In this document: positions 29,697-39,333 of the stretch, one piece after another
Numbering within the stretch: the first letter of the stretch is position 1
How the letters are laid out: the number at the start of each line of letters is the position of its first letter
Origin: a virus
Lineage: Duplodnaviria; Heunggongvirae; Uroviricota; Caudoviricetes
Length of the DNA: 48,811 nucleotides
Virus record (IMG/VR): IMGVR_UViG_2706794677_000013
Strand: one strand, 5' to 3'
Position numbers and translations under genes: made by a program
Notes under the pieces: model-generated
Database searches by the model: none
The model's input: only the letters and a program-made list of their open reading frames with translations
Told to the model about the DNA's origin: nothing

Positions 29697-30978
29697 TGTG
29701 CCTCAGGCGCGATTTCTTTCAATGCCCCATAAATTTAAAGCCTATATTGCTGGTTTTGGCTCGGGCAAAACATGGGTTGGGTGTGGCGGCATATGCAAGG
29801 GGATTTGGGAGCATCCAGGTATAAATCAGGGATATTTTGCGCCAACGTATCCCCAAATTCGCGATATTTTTTACCCTACAGTGGAAGAAGTTGCTGCTGA
29901 CTGGGGATTGAACGTAAAAATTAATGAGGGAAATAAAGAGGTTCACTTTTATTACGGACGCCAGTATCGGGGAACCACTATCTGCAGATCGATGGAGAAG
30001 CCACAAACGATCGTCGGTTTCAAAATTGGTAATGCGTTGGTGGATGAACTGGACATTTTGCCGAAGGAAAAAGCCAGAACGGCGTGGCGCAAGATAATTG
30101 CACGTATGCGTTATAAGATTGATGGACTTCGCAACGGTATTGACGTTACAACCACGCCGGAAGGATTCAAATTTGTCTACGAGCAGTTTGTTAAAGCCGT
30201 GCGTGAAAAAACAGAGCTGGCCTCACTGTATGGTCTGGTGCAGGCATCTACTTTCGATAATGAAAAGAACCTGCCAGCAGATTACATTCCTTCGCTTCTT
30301 GAATCATACCCTCCAGAGCTGATTAAAGCCTATCTTCGAGGACAGTTTACTAACCTGACAAGTGGTACTGTTTACCATCAGTTTGACCGGAAACTGAATA
30401 ATTGCGAAGAAGTGGAGCAGCCAGGGGAGCCGATTTATATTGGGATGGATTTTAACGTTGGAAAGATGGCGGGAATCGTCCATGTGCTGCGTTTGGGGCT
30501 TCCATGTGCGGTAACTGAAATCATCAATGCCTACGATACGCCGGATATGATCCGCATCATTAAAGAACGCTTCTGGCTGTATGATGGGAATGATTACCGG
30601 AAAGTGAGGGAAATTTATATTTATCCAGATGCTTCCGGGGATTCCAGAAAATCAAGTAACGCAAGTACGACGGATATAGCCCAGCTTAAGCAGGCTGGTT
30701 TTAACGTTGTGGTGAACAGCTCGAACCCGCCAGTAAAAGATCGCGTTAACTCAATGAATGCAATGTTCTGCAATGCCAATGGTGAGCGTCGCTATAAAGT
30801 TAATGTGAAGCGTTGCCCGTTATATGCCGAATCTCTGGAGCAACAGGTCTGGGATGAGAAGGGGGAGCCTGATAAAAAATCTGGCAATGATCACCCGAAT
30901 GATGCCGGAGGTTATTTCATCGTTAAGCAATTCCCTATTGTCAAACCGACCGGAAGAGTCACATCACTTCGGATTTAA
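29668..30978 (+). CDS. Terminase large subunit
   Basis: Walker A-like GFGSGKTWVG near the N-terminus; size and position. Confidence 0.8.
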   Translation: MMKMISPTLNVPQARFLSMPHKFKAYIAGFGSGKTWVGCGGICKGIWEHPGINQGYFAPTYPQIRDIFYPTVEEVAADWGLNVKINEGNKEVHFYYGRQYRGTTICRSMEKPQTIVGFKIGNALVDELDILPKEKARTAWRKIIARMRYKIDGLRNGIDVTTTPEGFKFVYEQFVKAVREKTELASLYGLVQASTFDNEKNLPADYIPSLLESYPPELIKAYLRGQFTNLTSGTVYHQFDRKLNNCEEVEQPGEPIYIGMDFNVGKMAGIVHVLRLGLPCAVTEIINAYDTPDMIRIIKERFWLYDGNDYRKVREIYIYPDASGDSRKSSNASTTDIAQLKQAGFNVVVNSSNPPVKDRVNSMNAMFCNANGERRYKVNVKRCPLYAESLEQQVWDEKGEPDKKSGNDHPNDAGGYFIVKQFPIVKPTGRVTSLRI

Positions 30979-30980
30979 TT

Positions 30981-32387
30981 ATGGCTGATATATCAACACC
31001 CAACCTCGACTATAACGATATGCTGGAGGCGTGGGATATTAACGACGCACTGATGGGCGGTACGCTTGAAATGCGCAGGCAGGGGGAAAATTATCTCCCA
31101 AAATGGCCTAACGAAGATGAAGACGCTTATAAAAAACGCCTGTCTGTGGCTACGCTACTTCCTGTGTATGAAGAAAGCATCAAGCAAAATATTGGGCGCA
31201 TATTTGCAGAGCCGACAGTATTGAGTGAGGAAACGCCGGCAAAAATCAGGGAATATGCAGAAAATATCGACATGGAGGGGAGCCGACTGGATGTGTGGGC
31301 GCAGCAATTTTTCAGCCTCGCATTTCAGTATGGTGTGGCACATGCGCTGGTGGACTATCCACGAACGGATATGAAAGAGATTCGGACAAAAGCCGATGAA
31401 AACGCGACCGGTGGTCGTCCGTACGTTACGATGCTGAATCCACGCCAGGTTATTGGATGGAAATCGAAAGTTGAAAAAGGGAAAGTTGTTCTCACTGATT
31501 TGCGTATAAAAGAGGTCATCATTATTGATGGTGATGATTTCGGGCAGAAGAAGGTGGAGCAGATCCGCCATATTATGCCCCGTCGAGTTGAAATTTATCG
31601 ACGTAGCGAAGGCACTAATGGCGAATCTGTCTGGACGCTTCATGAGTCATGGAATACCAGCCGTGATGATATTCCTCTGGTAACACTGTACACGAAGAAA
31701 ACAGGATTTATGCGTGGTACACCGCCATTGCTTAATCTTGGCTTGCTGAATATCAAGCACTGGCAAAGCCAGAGCGAGCAGGACAATATTCTTCATGTTG
31801 CCCGCGTTCCATTGCTGGTGGCCTACGGGCTGGACAGGAATGAAGAACTGACGGTTGGTGCATCCACCGCTACGATTTTTGAGGACAGAACAAAAAATGG
31901 CCTCGAATATGTTGAACATAGTGGCGCAGCGATAGAATCTGGCGAAACATCACTTGAGAAGCTGGAAAATCAGATGCGTCATGCCGGCGCTAAACTTCTG
32001 CGTGCTGAAAATACATCCACCAAATCTGTTGATCAGACTAATGAAGAGCGAATGCAGGAAAACTCGCCGCTTTATACAATGGCGAACTCCCTCGAAGATG
32101 CCCTCGATAATATTCTCCAGATAATGGCGGAATGGATCGGAGAGAGTTGCGGTGGCAATGTGGATGTGCGCACTGAACTGGATGTATCTGCCCAGGTGTT
32201 TGACTCATCCTCCGCGCTGGCTGTTCAGTCATTGCGTCAGGGCGGTGATATACGTCAGATTGATGCGGTTCGGGTGTTGCAGGCGTTGAAATTTATCGAT
32301 CAGGATTCCCGTCCAGAGGAAGTGATCGATGAATTAAAAAATCAGAGTGTAATGCTGATGGAAATCAATGATGCAAACCGTGAATGA
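30981..32387 (+). CDS. Portal protein, 468 aa
   Basis: Size and position directly after the large terminase. Confidence 0.65.
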   Translation: MADISTPNLDYNDMLEAWDINDALMGGTLEMRRQGENYLPKWPNEDEDAYKKRLSVATLLPVYEESIKQNIGRIFAEPTVLSEETPAKIREYAENIDMEGSRLDVWAQQFFSLAFQYGVAHALVDYPRTDMKEIRTKADENATGGRPYVTMLNPRQVIGWKSKVEKGKVVLTDLRIKEVIIIDGDDFGQKKVEQIRHIMPRRVEIYRRSEGTNGESVWTLHESWNTSRDDIPLVTLYTKKTGFMRGTPPLLNLGLLNIKHWQSQSEQDNILHVARVPLLVAYGLDRNEELTVGASTATIFEDRTKNGLEYVEHSGAAIESGETSLEKLENQMRHAGAKLLRAENTSTKSVDQTNEERMQENSPLYTMANSLEDALDNILQIMAEWIGESCGGNVDVRTELDVSAQVFDSSSALAVQSLRQGGDIRQIDAVRVLQALKFIDQDSRPEEVIDELKNQSVMLMEINDANRE

Positions 32388-33483
32388 ACGGCTGCGTGAT
32401 GAATCAATTGCTCATGCAGTCTGGATATCCCGCTATAGCACTGGCGTGGCTGCCAGAATGGTGAAAATACTGAATGACAGCGATGCGGAACTTACTGCTC
32501 GCCTGCTGATAGCACTGGACAGCCTCGATCCAGGTAGTTTTACCGTTAAGCGCCTGGAGTCACTTCTGGCGAGCGTCAGAGAGGTTAACCGCACTGCTAT
32601 TAACAGCATGTTTACCAGTCTCTCCGGAGAGCTGAACGAGCTGGCAATTTATGAGGCTGGTTATCAGTTAAGTCTGTTTGATTCTATGCTACCTGATTTT
32701 GTTGCTGATGTTCACCCTCTGGTTGGTATCTCTCCTGATGCACTTTATGCCGCTGCAATGGCGCGACCATTCCAGGGACGACTGCTCAGTGAGTGGGCCT
32801 CAGATCTTGAGGCGGATCGGCTCAGACGCATAACAAATACAGTGCGTCAGGGTTTTTTGCTGGGGGATACCAATGAGCAGATCGCAAGAAAAATTCGGGG
32901 ACATGTCAGTAAGGGATTTCAGGATGGTGCATTGCAGATGAGCCGGGCTAATGCGGCCAGCATTGCAAAAACAGCGGTTGGACATCTTGCTGCTACTGCC
33001 CGTGAGAGTTTTGCCAGCGCGAATAATGATTTGATTAAGGGTAAGCAATGGTTATCAACGCTTGATAATCGTACTACGCCACAATGTCGAATCAGGGATC
33101 GCCTCAAATATACGCTGAATAATAAACCTGTAGGTCACAGCGTGCCTTATTTGCAGGGGCCGGGAAAAATTCATTTCTGCTGCCGCTCAACGGAAACGTT
33201 CATTCTGAAATCAGCGAAGGAACTGGGTATTGATGTTCGCGATATTTCCCCGGCTGAGCGGGCCAGCATGGATGGCGTGGTGGCCGGAGATACAACCTAC
33301 AGGGAATGGTTTTTGCGTCAGCCTTACACCAGACAAAAACAGATTGTGGGGGAAAGCCGAGCAAAGCTGATTCGGGATGGTGGTATGTCGCCAGATGAAT
33401 TTTACACCGATAAAGGCGAATGGCTGACGCTGAAGCAGCTCCGTGAGCGTGATGCACAGGTATTCAGAAAAGCAGGGATTTAA
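32368..33483 (+). CDS. Head morphogenesis / minor capsid protein (SPP1 gp7 / Mu F-like)
   Basis: Position after the portal; overlapping start; family assignment by recollection. Confidence 0.55.
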   Translation: MMQTVNERLRDESIAHAVWISRYSTGVAARMVKILNDSDAELTARLLIALDSLDPGSFTVKRLESLLASVREVNRTAINSMFTSLSGELNELAIYEAGYQLSLFDSMLPDFVADVHPLVGISPDALYAAAMARPFQGRLLSEWASDLEADRLRRITNTVRQGFLLGDTNEQIARKIRGHVSKGFQDGALQMSRANAASIAKTAVGHLAATARESFASANNDLIKGKQWLSTLDNRTTPQCRIRDRLKYTLNNKPVGHSVPYLQGPGKIHFCCRSTETFILKSAKELGIDVRDISPAERASMDGVVAGDTTYREWFLRQPYTRQKQIVGESRAKLIRDGGMSPDEFYTDKGEWLTLKQLRERDAQVFRKAGI

Positions 33484-33502
33484 ATAAATCATTTATTACA
33501 AC

Positions 33503-33527
33503 AGGCTACCTTCGGGTGGCCTTTTTT
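33503..33527 (+). terminator. Hairpin plus T-run after the head morphogenesis gene
   Basis: aggctacc ttcg ggtggcct followed by ttttttatt. Confidence 0.45.
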
Positions 33528-33587
33528 ATTGCTGCGATCCGGATGGTGAGCAGCGTAACTGTCGGAAGACTTAAACCAGGTACTAAT

Positions 33588-34352
33588 ATGAAACTGAAAA
33601 CGGTCGAGATTAACGGAAAACAATACGCAGAAATTGATACTGCTGGCCTGCCAGTTTATGTGCACGACGATGGTAAAGAAATTGGCTTCGATGCACCGCT
33701 GGCGACAAAAAAAATTACAGAGCTTAATGGCGAGGCAAAAAATCATCGCCTGGCTAAAGAAGCTGCAGAGGAAAAACTGGCTAAGTTTGCCGCTATCGAA
33801 GACCCGAAGAAGGCGATCGAGGCACTGGAAATGCTGTCAAAAATCGACCAGAAAAAGCTGCTCGATGCGGGACAGGTTGACCAGGTTAAGGCAGAAATTA
33901 CGAAAAATTTTCAGCAGCAATTAGATGAAGAAAAGCAACGCTCTCAGATGCTGGAGAAGCAGCTTTACGATTCTATGATTGGCGGTAGTTTTGCGGGTTC
34001 AAAATATATTGCCGATAAAATTGCGATCCCGGCAGATTTATTACAAGCCCGCTTCGGGCAGGCATTCAAAGTGGAAGAAGGGAGGATCGTTGCTTATGAC
34101 GCTTCCGGCAACAAAATTTATTCCCGCGCGAAGCCTGGCGAACTGGCGCAGTTTGATGAGGCGCTGGAGTTCCTTGTCGAAAATTACCCTCAGAAAGACT
34201 ACATCCTGAAAGCCAGTGGCAACAATGGCGGCGGCTCCCGTCCGACACAGCATGATATTGGTCAGAAAACGATGAAACGCTCTGCTTTTGATGCACTGGA
34301 TGTTGCAGGTAAGCAAAACGCATTGAAAGACGGTATCACAATCGTTGATTAA
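33588..34352 (+). CDS. Scaffolding-type protein (start at MKLKTVEINGKQ), charged helical sequence
   Basis: Position immediately upstream of the major capsid gene; highly charged, coiled-coil-like composition. Confidence 0.5.
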   Translation: MKLKTVEINGKQYAEIDTAGLPVYVHDDGKEIGFDAPLATKKITELNGEAKNHRLAKEAAEEKLAKFAAIEDPKKAIEALEMLSKIDQKKLLDAGQVDQVKAEITKNFQQQLDEEKQRSQMLEKQLYDSMIGGSFAGSKYIADKIAIPADLLQARFGQAFKVEEGRIVAYDASGNKIYSRAKPGELAQFDEALEFLVENYPQKDYILKASGNNGGGSRPTQHDIGQKTMKRSAFDALDVAGKQNALKDGITIVD

Positions 34353-34450
34353 CACATTTGTCAGCTTCCGGATGGGAGCTGGTGTCAGGGCTGGATAGCT
34401 CATTACTCCATCTATTCACAATTACGCAAATTTTTAAGGAATATTTAATT

Positions 34451-35590
34451 ATGGCTGGAAATACCCTGACCGGGTTGATCCCGACTATTTATACCGCCCT
34501 GGATGTTGTATCCCGTGAGCAGGTAGGTTTTATCCCTGCGGTAGCAAAAAACGCAAAAGCTGACGCCGCAGCAAAAGATCAGACGGTAACCGCGCCAGTT
34601 GCGCCTGAGGCGAAAACCGAAGATATCGTACCGGGGCCGTCAGCTCCGAATACCGGTGATCAAAATATTGGCACTGTTGATGTAAAAATTACTAAATCCA
34701 AAATGGCACCGGTTAAATGGAATGGTGAAGAACAACTGGCTCTTGGCCCTTCAGGGACTTACAACACCATTCTGGCTGATCAGTTCAAGCAGGCTTTTCG
34801 CGCCCTTGCAAACGAGGTTGAGGCTGATCTTGGTGCGTTGTATTTCGGTGCTTCCCGCGCCGTGGGAACCGCAGGGACAACGCCGTTTGGTGTTAAAGAT
34901 GATCTTTCTGATGCTGCTCTGGCTCGTCAGGTTCTGGAGGATAACGGCGCACCGACAACCGATCTGCAGATGGTGCTTGGCTCCACTGCCATTGCTAATT
35001 TGCGCGGAAAACAGTCTGTATTGTTTAAAGTGAATGAATCCGGCACTGAACAGCTACTGCGTGAGGGCGTGTTGGGGCGTCTGGAGGGATTCAATATTCA
35101 CAGTTCGGCAGGTGTGAAACGAGCGCCAAAGGTTGCTGCAACTGGTTATCTCGTGAATGGAGAGAAAAAAGAAGGCGATGTTCTTATTTCCATTGATACT
35201 GGTTCGGGGAGTATTTCTGCAGGTCAGATTGTTACGTTCGCTGGTGATCCGAATCAGTATGTTGTGGCAGCAGCGACCAGCAATCTGATTACTCTTGCAG
35301 CGCCCGGACTGCGTCAGGATCTGGCCGATGATACTGCCATCACAGTTGTTGGGGCCTTTACTGCAAATATGGCGTTTGATCGCAACGCGTTTCTGCTGGC
35401 ATCCCGTACTCCGGCAATGCCGGAAGGTGGCGATAATGCTGATGATGTAATGAATGTTACGGACCCGATTTCAGGGATTACGTTCCAGATTGCACTGTAT
35501 CGTCAGTATCGCCAGGTGCGCTATGAAGTTGGACTGGCATGGGGTGTTTCATCAGTGAAGCCGGCACATGGTTGTCTGATTCTTGGTTAA
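34451..35590 (+). CDS. Major capsid protein (start at MAGNTLTG), 379 aa
   Basis: ATG at 34451 preceded by taagga; size, position and a strong hairpin terminator immediately downstream. Confidence 0.7.
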   Translation: MAGNTLTGLIPTIYTALDVVSREQVGFIPAVAKNAKADAAAKDQTVTAPVAPEAKTEDIVPGPSAPNTGDQNIGTVDVKITKSKMAPVKWNGEEQLALGPSGTYNTILADQFKQAFRALANEVEADLGALYFGASRAVGTAGTTPFGVKDDLSDAALARQVLEDNGAPTTDLQMVLGSTAIANLRGKQSVLFKVNESGTEQLLREGVLGRLEGFNIHSSAGVKRAPKVAATGYLVNGEKKEGDVLISIDTGSGSISAGQIVTFAGDPNQYVVAAATSNLITLAAPGLRQDLADDTAITVVGAFTANMAFDRNAFLLASRTPAMPEGGDNADDVMNVTDPISGITFQIALYRQYRQVRYEVGLAWGVSSVKPAHGCLILG

Positions 35591-35600
35591 ACATTCAAAC

Positions 35601-35620
35601 GGGGCTTCGGCCCCATTTTT
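35601..35620 (+). terminator. Hairpin (ggggc ttcg gcccc) plus T-rich tract after the capsid gene
   Basis: Perfect 5-bp GC stem with ttcg loop followed by atttttaat. Confidence 0.55.
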
Positions 35621-35632
35621 AATGGGGGGCAT

Positions 35633-35809
35633 ATGGCCGGATTAACTAAAGAGCAAAGAGCACAGCGTGAAGCCGCACAAAAAACGCAAATTGAGTTAGT
35701 GGTTATGGTGACCGATTATCAGATGTTTCCCGGCGCACCAACTATCGCTAATGTTCATCCTGATGAAGTTGACAACTGGAAGGCTATGGGCTGGAAAACT
35801 CAGGAGTAA
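35633..35809 (+). CDS. Small 58-aa protein between the capsid and connector genes
   Basis: Hand-translated ORF MAGLTKEQRAQREAAQKTQIELVVMVTDYQMFPGAPTIANVHPDEVDNWKAMGWKTQE; below the ORF-track cutoff. Confidence 0.4.
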   Translation: MAGLTKEQRAQREAAQKTQIELVVMVTDYQMFPGAPTIANVHPDEVDNWKAMGWKTQE

Positions 35810-35812
35810 CAC

Positions 35813-36208
35813 ATGATCACTTACGTGACCTGTGATGACGTTGATAATGCGTTTGGGAACGCCTGGACGAGTGAGAACGCTAAAAATAAAGCTGTTTTAA
35901 TGGCTAATGCCTGGCTTAATGGCTTCAACCTGAAAATTAACCCATCCCGTATTCCGGAAGAGGTAAAACTTGCGGGAGCATATGCAGCCAGAATTGCCTC
36001 ATTCGGTAAGTTGTTTCAGCAGAAAAATGATTCTGGCGTTGTTATCAGTAAAGCCGTGTCGGCTGACGGGGTCAGTGTATCGAAATCATTTTCTGAGTTG
36101 CCAGCAAACAGCACTGCATTGCTTGAACCCGATTTACAGCTTGCGATAGCACTGCTGAAACCGTACGGACTTAGTCGCTCACAAGTCAGGGTTGTGAGGG
36201 GGGGATAA
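35813..36208 (+). CDS. Head-tail connector / head completion protein
   Basis: One of four tightly packed about 130-aa genes between the capsid and the major tail protein. Confidence 0.5.
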   Translation: MITYVTCDDVDNAFGNAWTSENAKNKAVLMANAWLNGFNLKINPSRIPEEVKLAGAYAARIASFGKLFQQKNDSGVVISKAVSADGVSVSKSFSELPANSTALLEPDLQLAIALLKPYGLSRSQVRVVRGG

Positions 36209-36591
36209 TGGGGCTTCGTGAAGAGATTCAGTCAGAGGTTGCCGCTGCTTTTGATGAGGATTTAGCGGACGCCGTGAGTGATTTTTCTGGTTCTTACGTT
36301 ACGCACCGGCACTGGGATCCTGTGACGGAAACTGGCGGCGAATCAACCGCAATCTATACCGGGCGAGGCGTGTTGACACGTTATAAGCTGGGCAGAATTG
36401 ATGGGATTAATATTTTGCATGGTGACCTTAAATTAACCGCTCTGGTATGCGAGGTTACGGATAAACCAGCTGTCGACCATATTATTGAGATTTATGATCC
36501 TGTATCAAGGCAGTTACAACGATACGAGGTAATTACAGCAAGTGTAGATCCTTCCGCATCAGTTTACTCTATCCAGTTAAGGAGAGCGTAA
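36208..36591 (+). CDS. Head-tail joining protein
   Basis: ATGA-type overlap with the previous gene; position. Confidence 0.5.
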   Translation: MGLREEIQSEVAAAFDEDLADAVSDFSGSYVTHRHWDPVTETGGESTAIYTGRGVLTRYKLGRIDGINILHGDLKLTALVCEVTDKPAVDHIIEIYDPVSRQLQRYEVITASVDPSASVYSIQLRRA

Positions 36592-36972
36592 ATGGCAAAG
36601 GCATGGGATATAGAACCGTCAATATTTGCCGGGATGATTGAGGAAGATGTAGGGCTGAAGATTCGCTACATCGCTATGCAGATTCTTACTGCTATTGATA
36701 TTGCTGCTCCGGTTGATACCGGACGTTTCAGAAATAACAACCTGGTGTCGTTACAGCATCCCGATTTTGGTATATCTGATAACGTGGATCCGAACGGTAC
36801 GATTGCTGTTCAGCGTGGGATCGGGGTTATTTCGAAAGCTGCAAATTACGGGGTTATTTATATCCAGAATAACCTTCCTTATGCAGAGGCTCTTGAAAAC
36901 GGTCATTCACAACAAGCGCCAACTGGCGTGTATGCCAACGCTTTTCATGGTGTTTTACAGGCTTACAAATGA
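36592..36972 (+). CDS. Head-tail joining / tail completion protein
   Basis: Position; contiguous with neighbours. Confidence 0.5.
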   Translation: MAKAWDIEPSIFAGMIEEDVGLKIRYIAMQILTAIDIAAPVDTGRFRNNNLVSLQHPDFGISDNVDPNGTIAVQRGIGVISKAANYGVIYIQNNLPYAEALENGHSQQAPTGVYANAFHGVLQAYK

Positions 36973-37361
36973 AGTTTACTGAAATCAGAAATACGGTTAT
37001 TTCCAGAATGACGGCACAGACGATTATTGATGGAAAAGACGTATTGTATCCGAACGGGCCAACGTTCGATCCTTCCGGTAAGTTAATCTGGGCGCGGTTA
37101 AGTAATATTCCCGGGCAGGCTGGAGTTAATGAAATTGGCGCGGGGCCGGTTGTTTATCGCACGGGGATAATCATTATTCAGTTATTTGTCCCCGCAGGTT
37201 CTGGTTCAAAACTCATTACTGAGACAGCCGATAAATTGCGGGAACTGTTTGAGTTTCAGGATGACGATCGTCTCAGTTACCAGGCTGTTTCCTCAATAGC
37301 CGTTGGCGAAAAGAATGGCTGGTTCCAGCTTAATCTTCAAATTCCATATCGCGCGCTCTAG
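36969..37361 (+). CDS. Tail completion / tail terminator-like protein
   Basis: 4-nt overlap with the previous gene; position before the major tail gene. Confidence 0.5.
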   Translation: MKFTEIRNTVISRMTAQTIIDGKDVLYPNGPTFDPSGKLIWARLSNIPGQAGVNEIGAGPVVYRTGIIIIQLFVPAGSGSKLITETADKLRELFEFQDDDRLSYQAVSSIAVGEKNGWFQLNLQIPYRAL

Positions 37362-37387
37362 CGCAATTAATGACATAGGAGGCTCCT

Positions 37388-38350
37388 GTGAGTTCAGGTG
37401 CAAAGGTTATCTCGGCATTTATCCGGGAGACGGTTGCAGGCACTACGCCAGCAAGTGGTGACTGGAGTTTATTAAAACGCACAAGCTGGGGAGTAAAACC
37501 CACCCAGAATAAAGGCGAAAATAATGAGATTGGTGGCTCCCGGATGGCTCAGGGGGCGACGCCTGGCACTGTGGATGTCGGCGGTGATGTTGGTACCAAA
37601 TTTCGCTGGGGTCAACATGATGATTTTCTTGCATCCTGTTTCGGCGCGGAATGGTCAGGCGATTCTCTGACAATGGGGAATGAGCGAATAACATTTTCTC
37701 TGGCGACCTATGCGTCCGATGTCGGAATTGCCTCTGTCGTCAGAGGAGCGCAGGTTGGCTCATGGAAAATGCAGATCCCTAACGACGGCGATATTACAGC
37801 GACCGTAACCTTTGCCGGACTGGACTGGGAATCAAAGGCCGATGATACGAATTTTATCAAAGGCGAACCTGTGGATAGTGCAGGAAAGCTACGTTATTCG
37901 TTTAAGGAGGTTTCAGCAGTAAGCCTGAATGGTGTTGCCGGAGGTAACGGTTTTTGTATCGACAGTTTTGATATTCAGTTCGATAACAAACTCCAGACAC
38001 AGCGTTGTATCGGGACTGGCTCGCCTTATGCAGGAGCAAATATTCCGACTACTTTTACACCGTCCGGTACGGTGACGCTTTCATGGTCTAAAGCCGCGTG
38101 GGAAATCTGGAGTAAAACACTGACTGGAGAAACAGTTCCGTTCAGCTTCACGCTTTCGAATGGAGAGGGGGCATACACTTTCAGTTTCCCGAAGGTTCAG
38201 GTGTCAGGTGAATGGCCTGATGGGGGTAATAGCGACATTATCCAGGTTCAATTGAGCATTACCGCAGCAGATGAAGCACCTACGATAACCAGAAAAAAAA
38301 ATTCCCCGGCTGCCGTGATCGCAAAAGCCAGTGCTGAGGCGATTAGTTGA
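37388..38350 (+). CDS. Major tail (tube) protein, 320 aa, likely GTG start
   Basis: GTG at 37388 preceded by taggagg; position upstream of the chaperone and tape-measure genes. Confidence 0.65.
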   Translation: MSSGAKVISAFIRETVAGTTPASGDWSLLKRTSWGVKPTQNKGENNEIGGSRMAQGATPGTVDVGGDVGTKFRWGQHDDFLASCFGAEWSGDSLTMGNERITFSLATYASDVGIASVVRGAQVGSWKMQIPNDGDITATVTFAGLDWESKADDTNFIKGEPVDSAGKLRYSFKEVSAVSLNGVAGGNGFCIDSFDIQFDNKLQTQRCIGTGSPYAGANIPTTFTPSGTVTLSWSKAAWEIWSKTLTGETVPFSFTLSNGEGAYTFSFPKVQVSGEWPDGGNSDIIQVQLSITAADEAPTITRKKNSPAAVIAKASAEAIS

Positions 38351-38398
38351 TTTTCCGTTATTCCTCCTGTGGTACTGCCCTACAGGGGGACGCATTGA

Positions 38399-38860
38399 AT
38401 GAGGTTATGGATGTTTATTCTTAATCAGAAAATTATCATTGGTGGAGAACGCTGGTTTACGCCAATGAAGGACTTAAAACCTGTAGACGGGTTAAAACTG
38501 TTGGTGGCAAGCAGCGATAACGATCAGTATCGCTCCCGTAATGCATTAATCCGTCGCCACATTGAGAAAATGGATGCCAGTTTGCACGTCGGAACGAAGG
38601 AGTTTGATATTTCAAAGGTTTCCGAGGTGGATTCTGTTGATGATTTACTCATTGATAATGCCGCTCGTTATCTGCTGAAAGACTGGAAAGGGGTTGGTGA
38701 ACTGGTTAATGGTGTTGAGGTTGCACTGGAATATACGGCAGAACGAGGGATCGCGCTGCTTAAGCAGAATCCAGAGTTGTACTGGCAGATCCTTGCAGAA
38801 GCAGCCAGCATCGCCCAGGGTAAAGAGCAGCAGAAGCAGGATACGATAAAAAAGCCATAG
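38399..38860 (+). CDS. Tail assembly chaperone (lambda G-like)
   Basis: Position directly upstream of the tape measure; ends just after a slippery A AAA AAG site. Confidence 0.7.
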   Translation: MRLWMFILNQKIIIGGERWFTPMKDLKPVDGLKLLVASSDNDQYRSRNALIRRHIEKMDASLHVGTKEFDISKVSEVDSVDDLLIDNAARYLLKDWKGVGELVNGVEVALEYTAERGIALLKQNPELYWQILAEAASIAQGKEQQKQDTIKKP

Positions 38861-39168
38861 CTGCCCAGCGGTGGTTATCGGAGTTCGGGGGAGAAAGGGG
38901 GGAAAAGGCAAGATGGAAGCGAGAAAAACTCAGGTTGCCACCGATACCGGAACCAGAAATAGACCCGGTGCTTAAGGAGTTGTTGTACGCCTATTCGGTA
39001 ATATCCCGTGCCCGACGTTATGCTGGAATGGCTGGGGTGCCTTTGCCTTTATCTCTGACAGAGATAAATGAATATTTAGCCACTCATCCGGTATTGATTG
39101 AGCGCGATGAATTTGAAGCAGTGATCTTTGCACTGGATGACCAGTATTTTCAGGAGCAGTGTGTGTAG
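38399..39168 (+). CDS. Tail assembly chaperone frameshift product (lambda GT-like) made by -1 frameshifting at A AAA AAG (38848..38854)
   Basis: The -1 frame is open from the slip site through to 39168 and continues the 38935..39168 ORF; frame arithmetic checked by hand. Confidence 0.6.
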
Positions 39169-39289
39169 TTGTTAATTACGTACACTCTGTTACAGAGATG
39201 TGATGGTGTCTTTAATTAAATCGATGATGCTCCTGGAGAAAAGCATTGCGTGGCCTCGTAATCGCTATATCTACTATTATGTCGCCTGA

Positions 39290-39316
39290 AACCCACTTCG
39301 CGGTGGGTTTTTTGTT
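39290..39316 (+). terminator. Hairpin (aacccac ttcgcg gtgggtt) plus T-run just upstream of the tape measure gene
   Basis: 7-bp stem followed by tttttgttg; may act as an attenuator. Confidence 0.4.
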
Positions 39317-39333
39317 GTCAGGAGTTTTAATAA

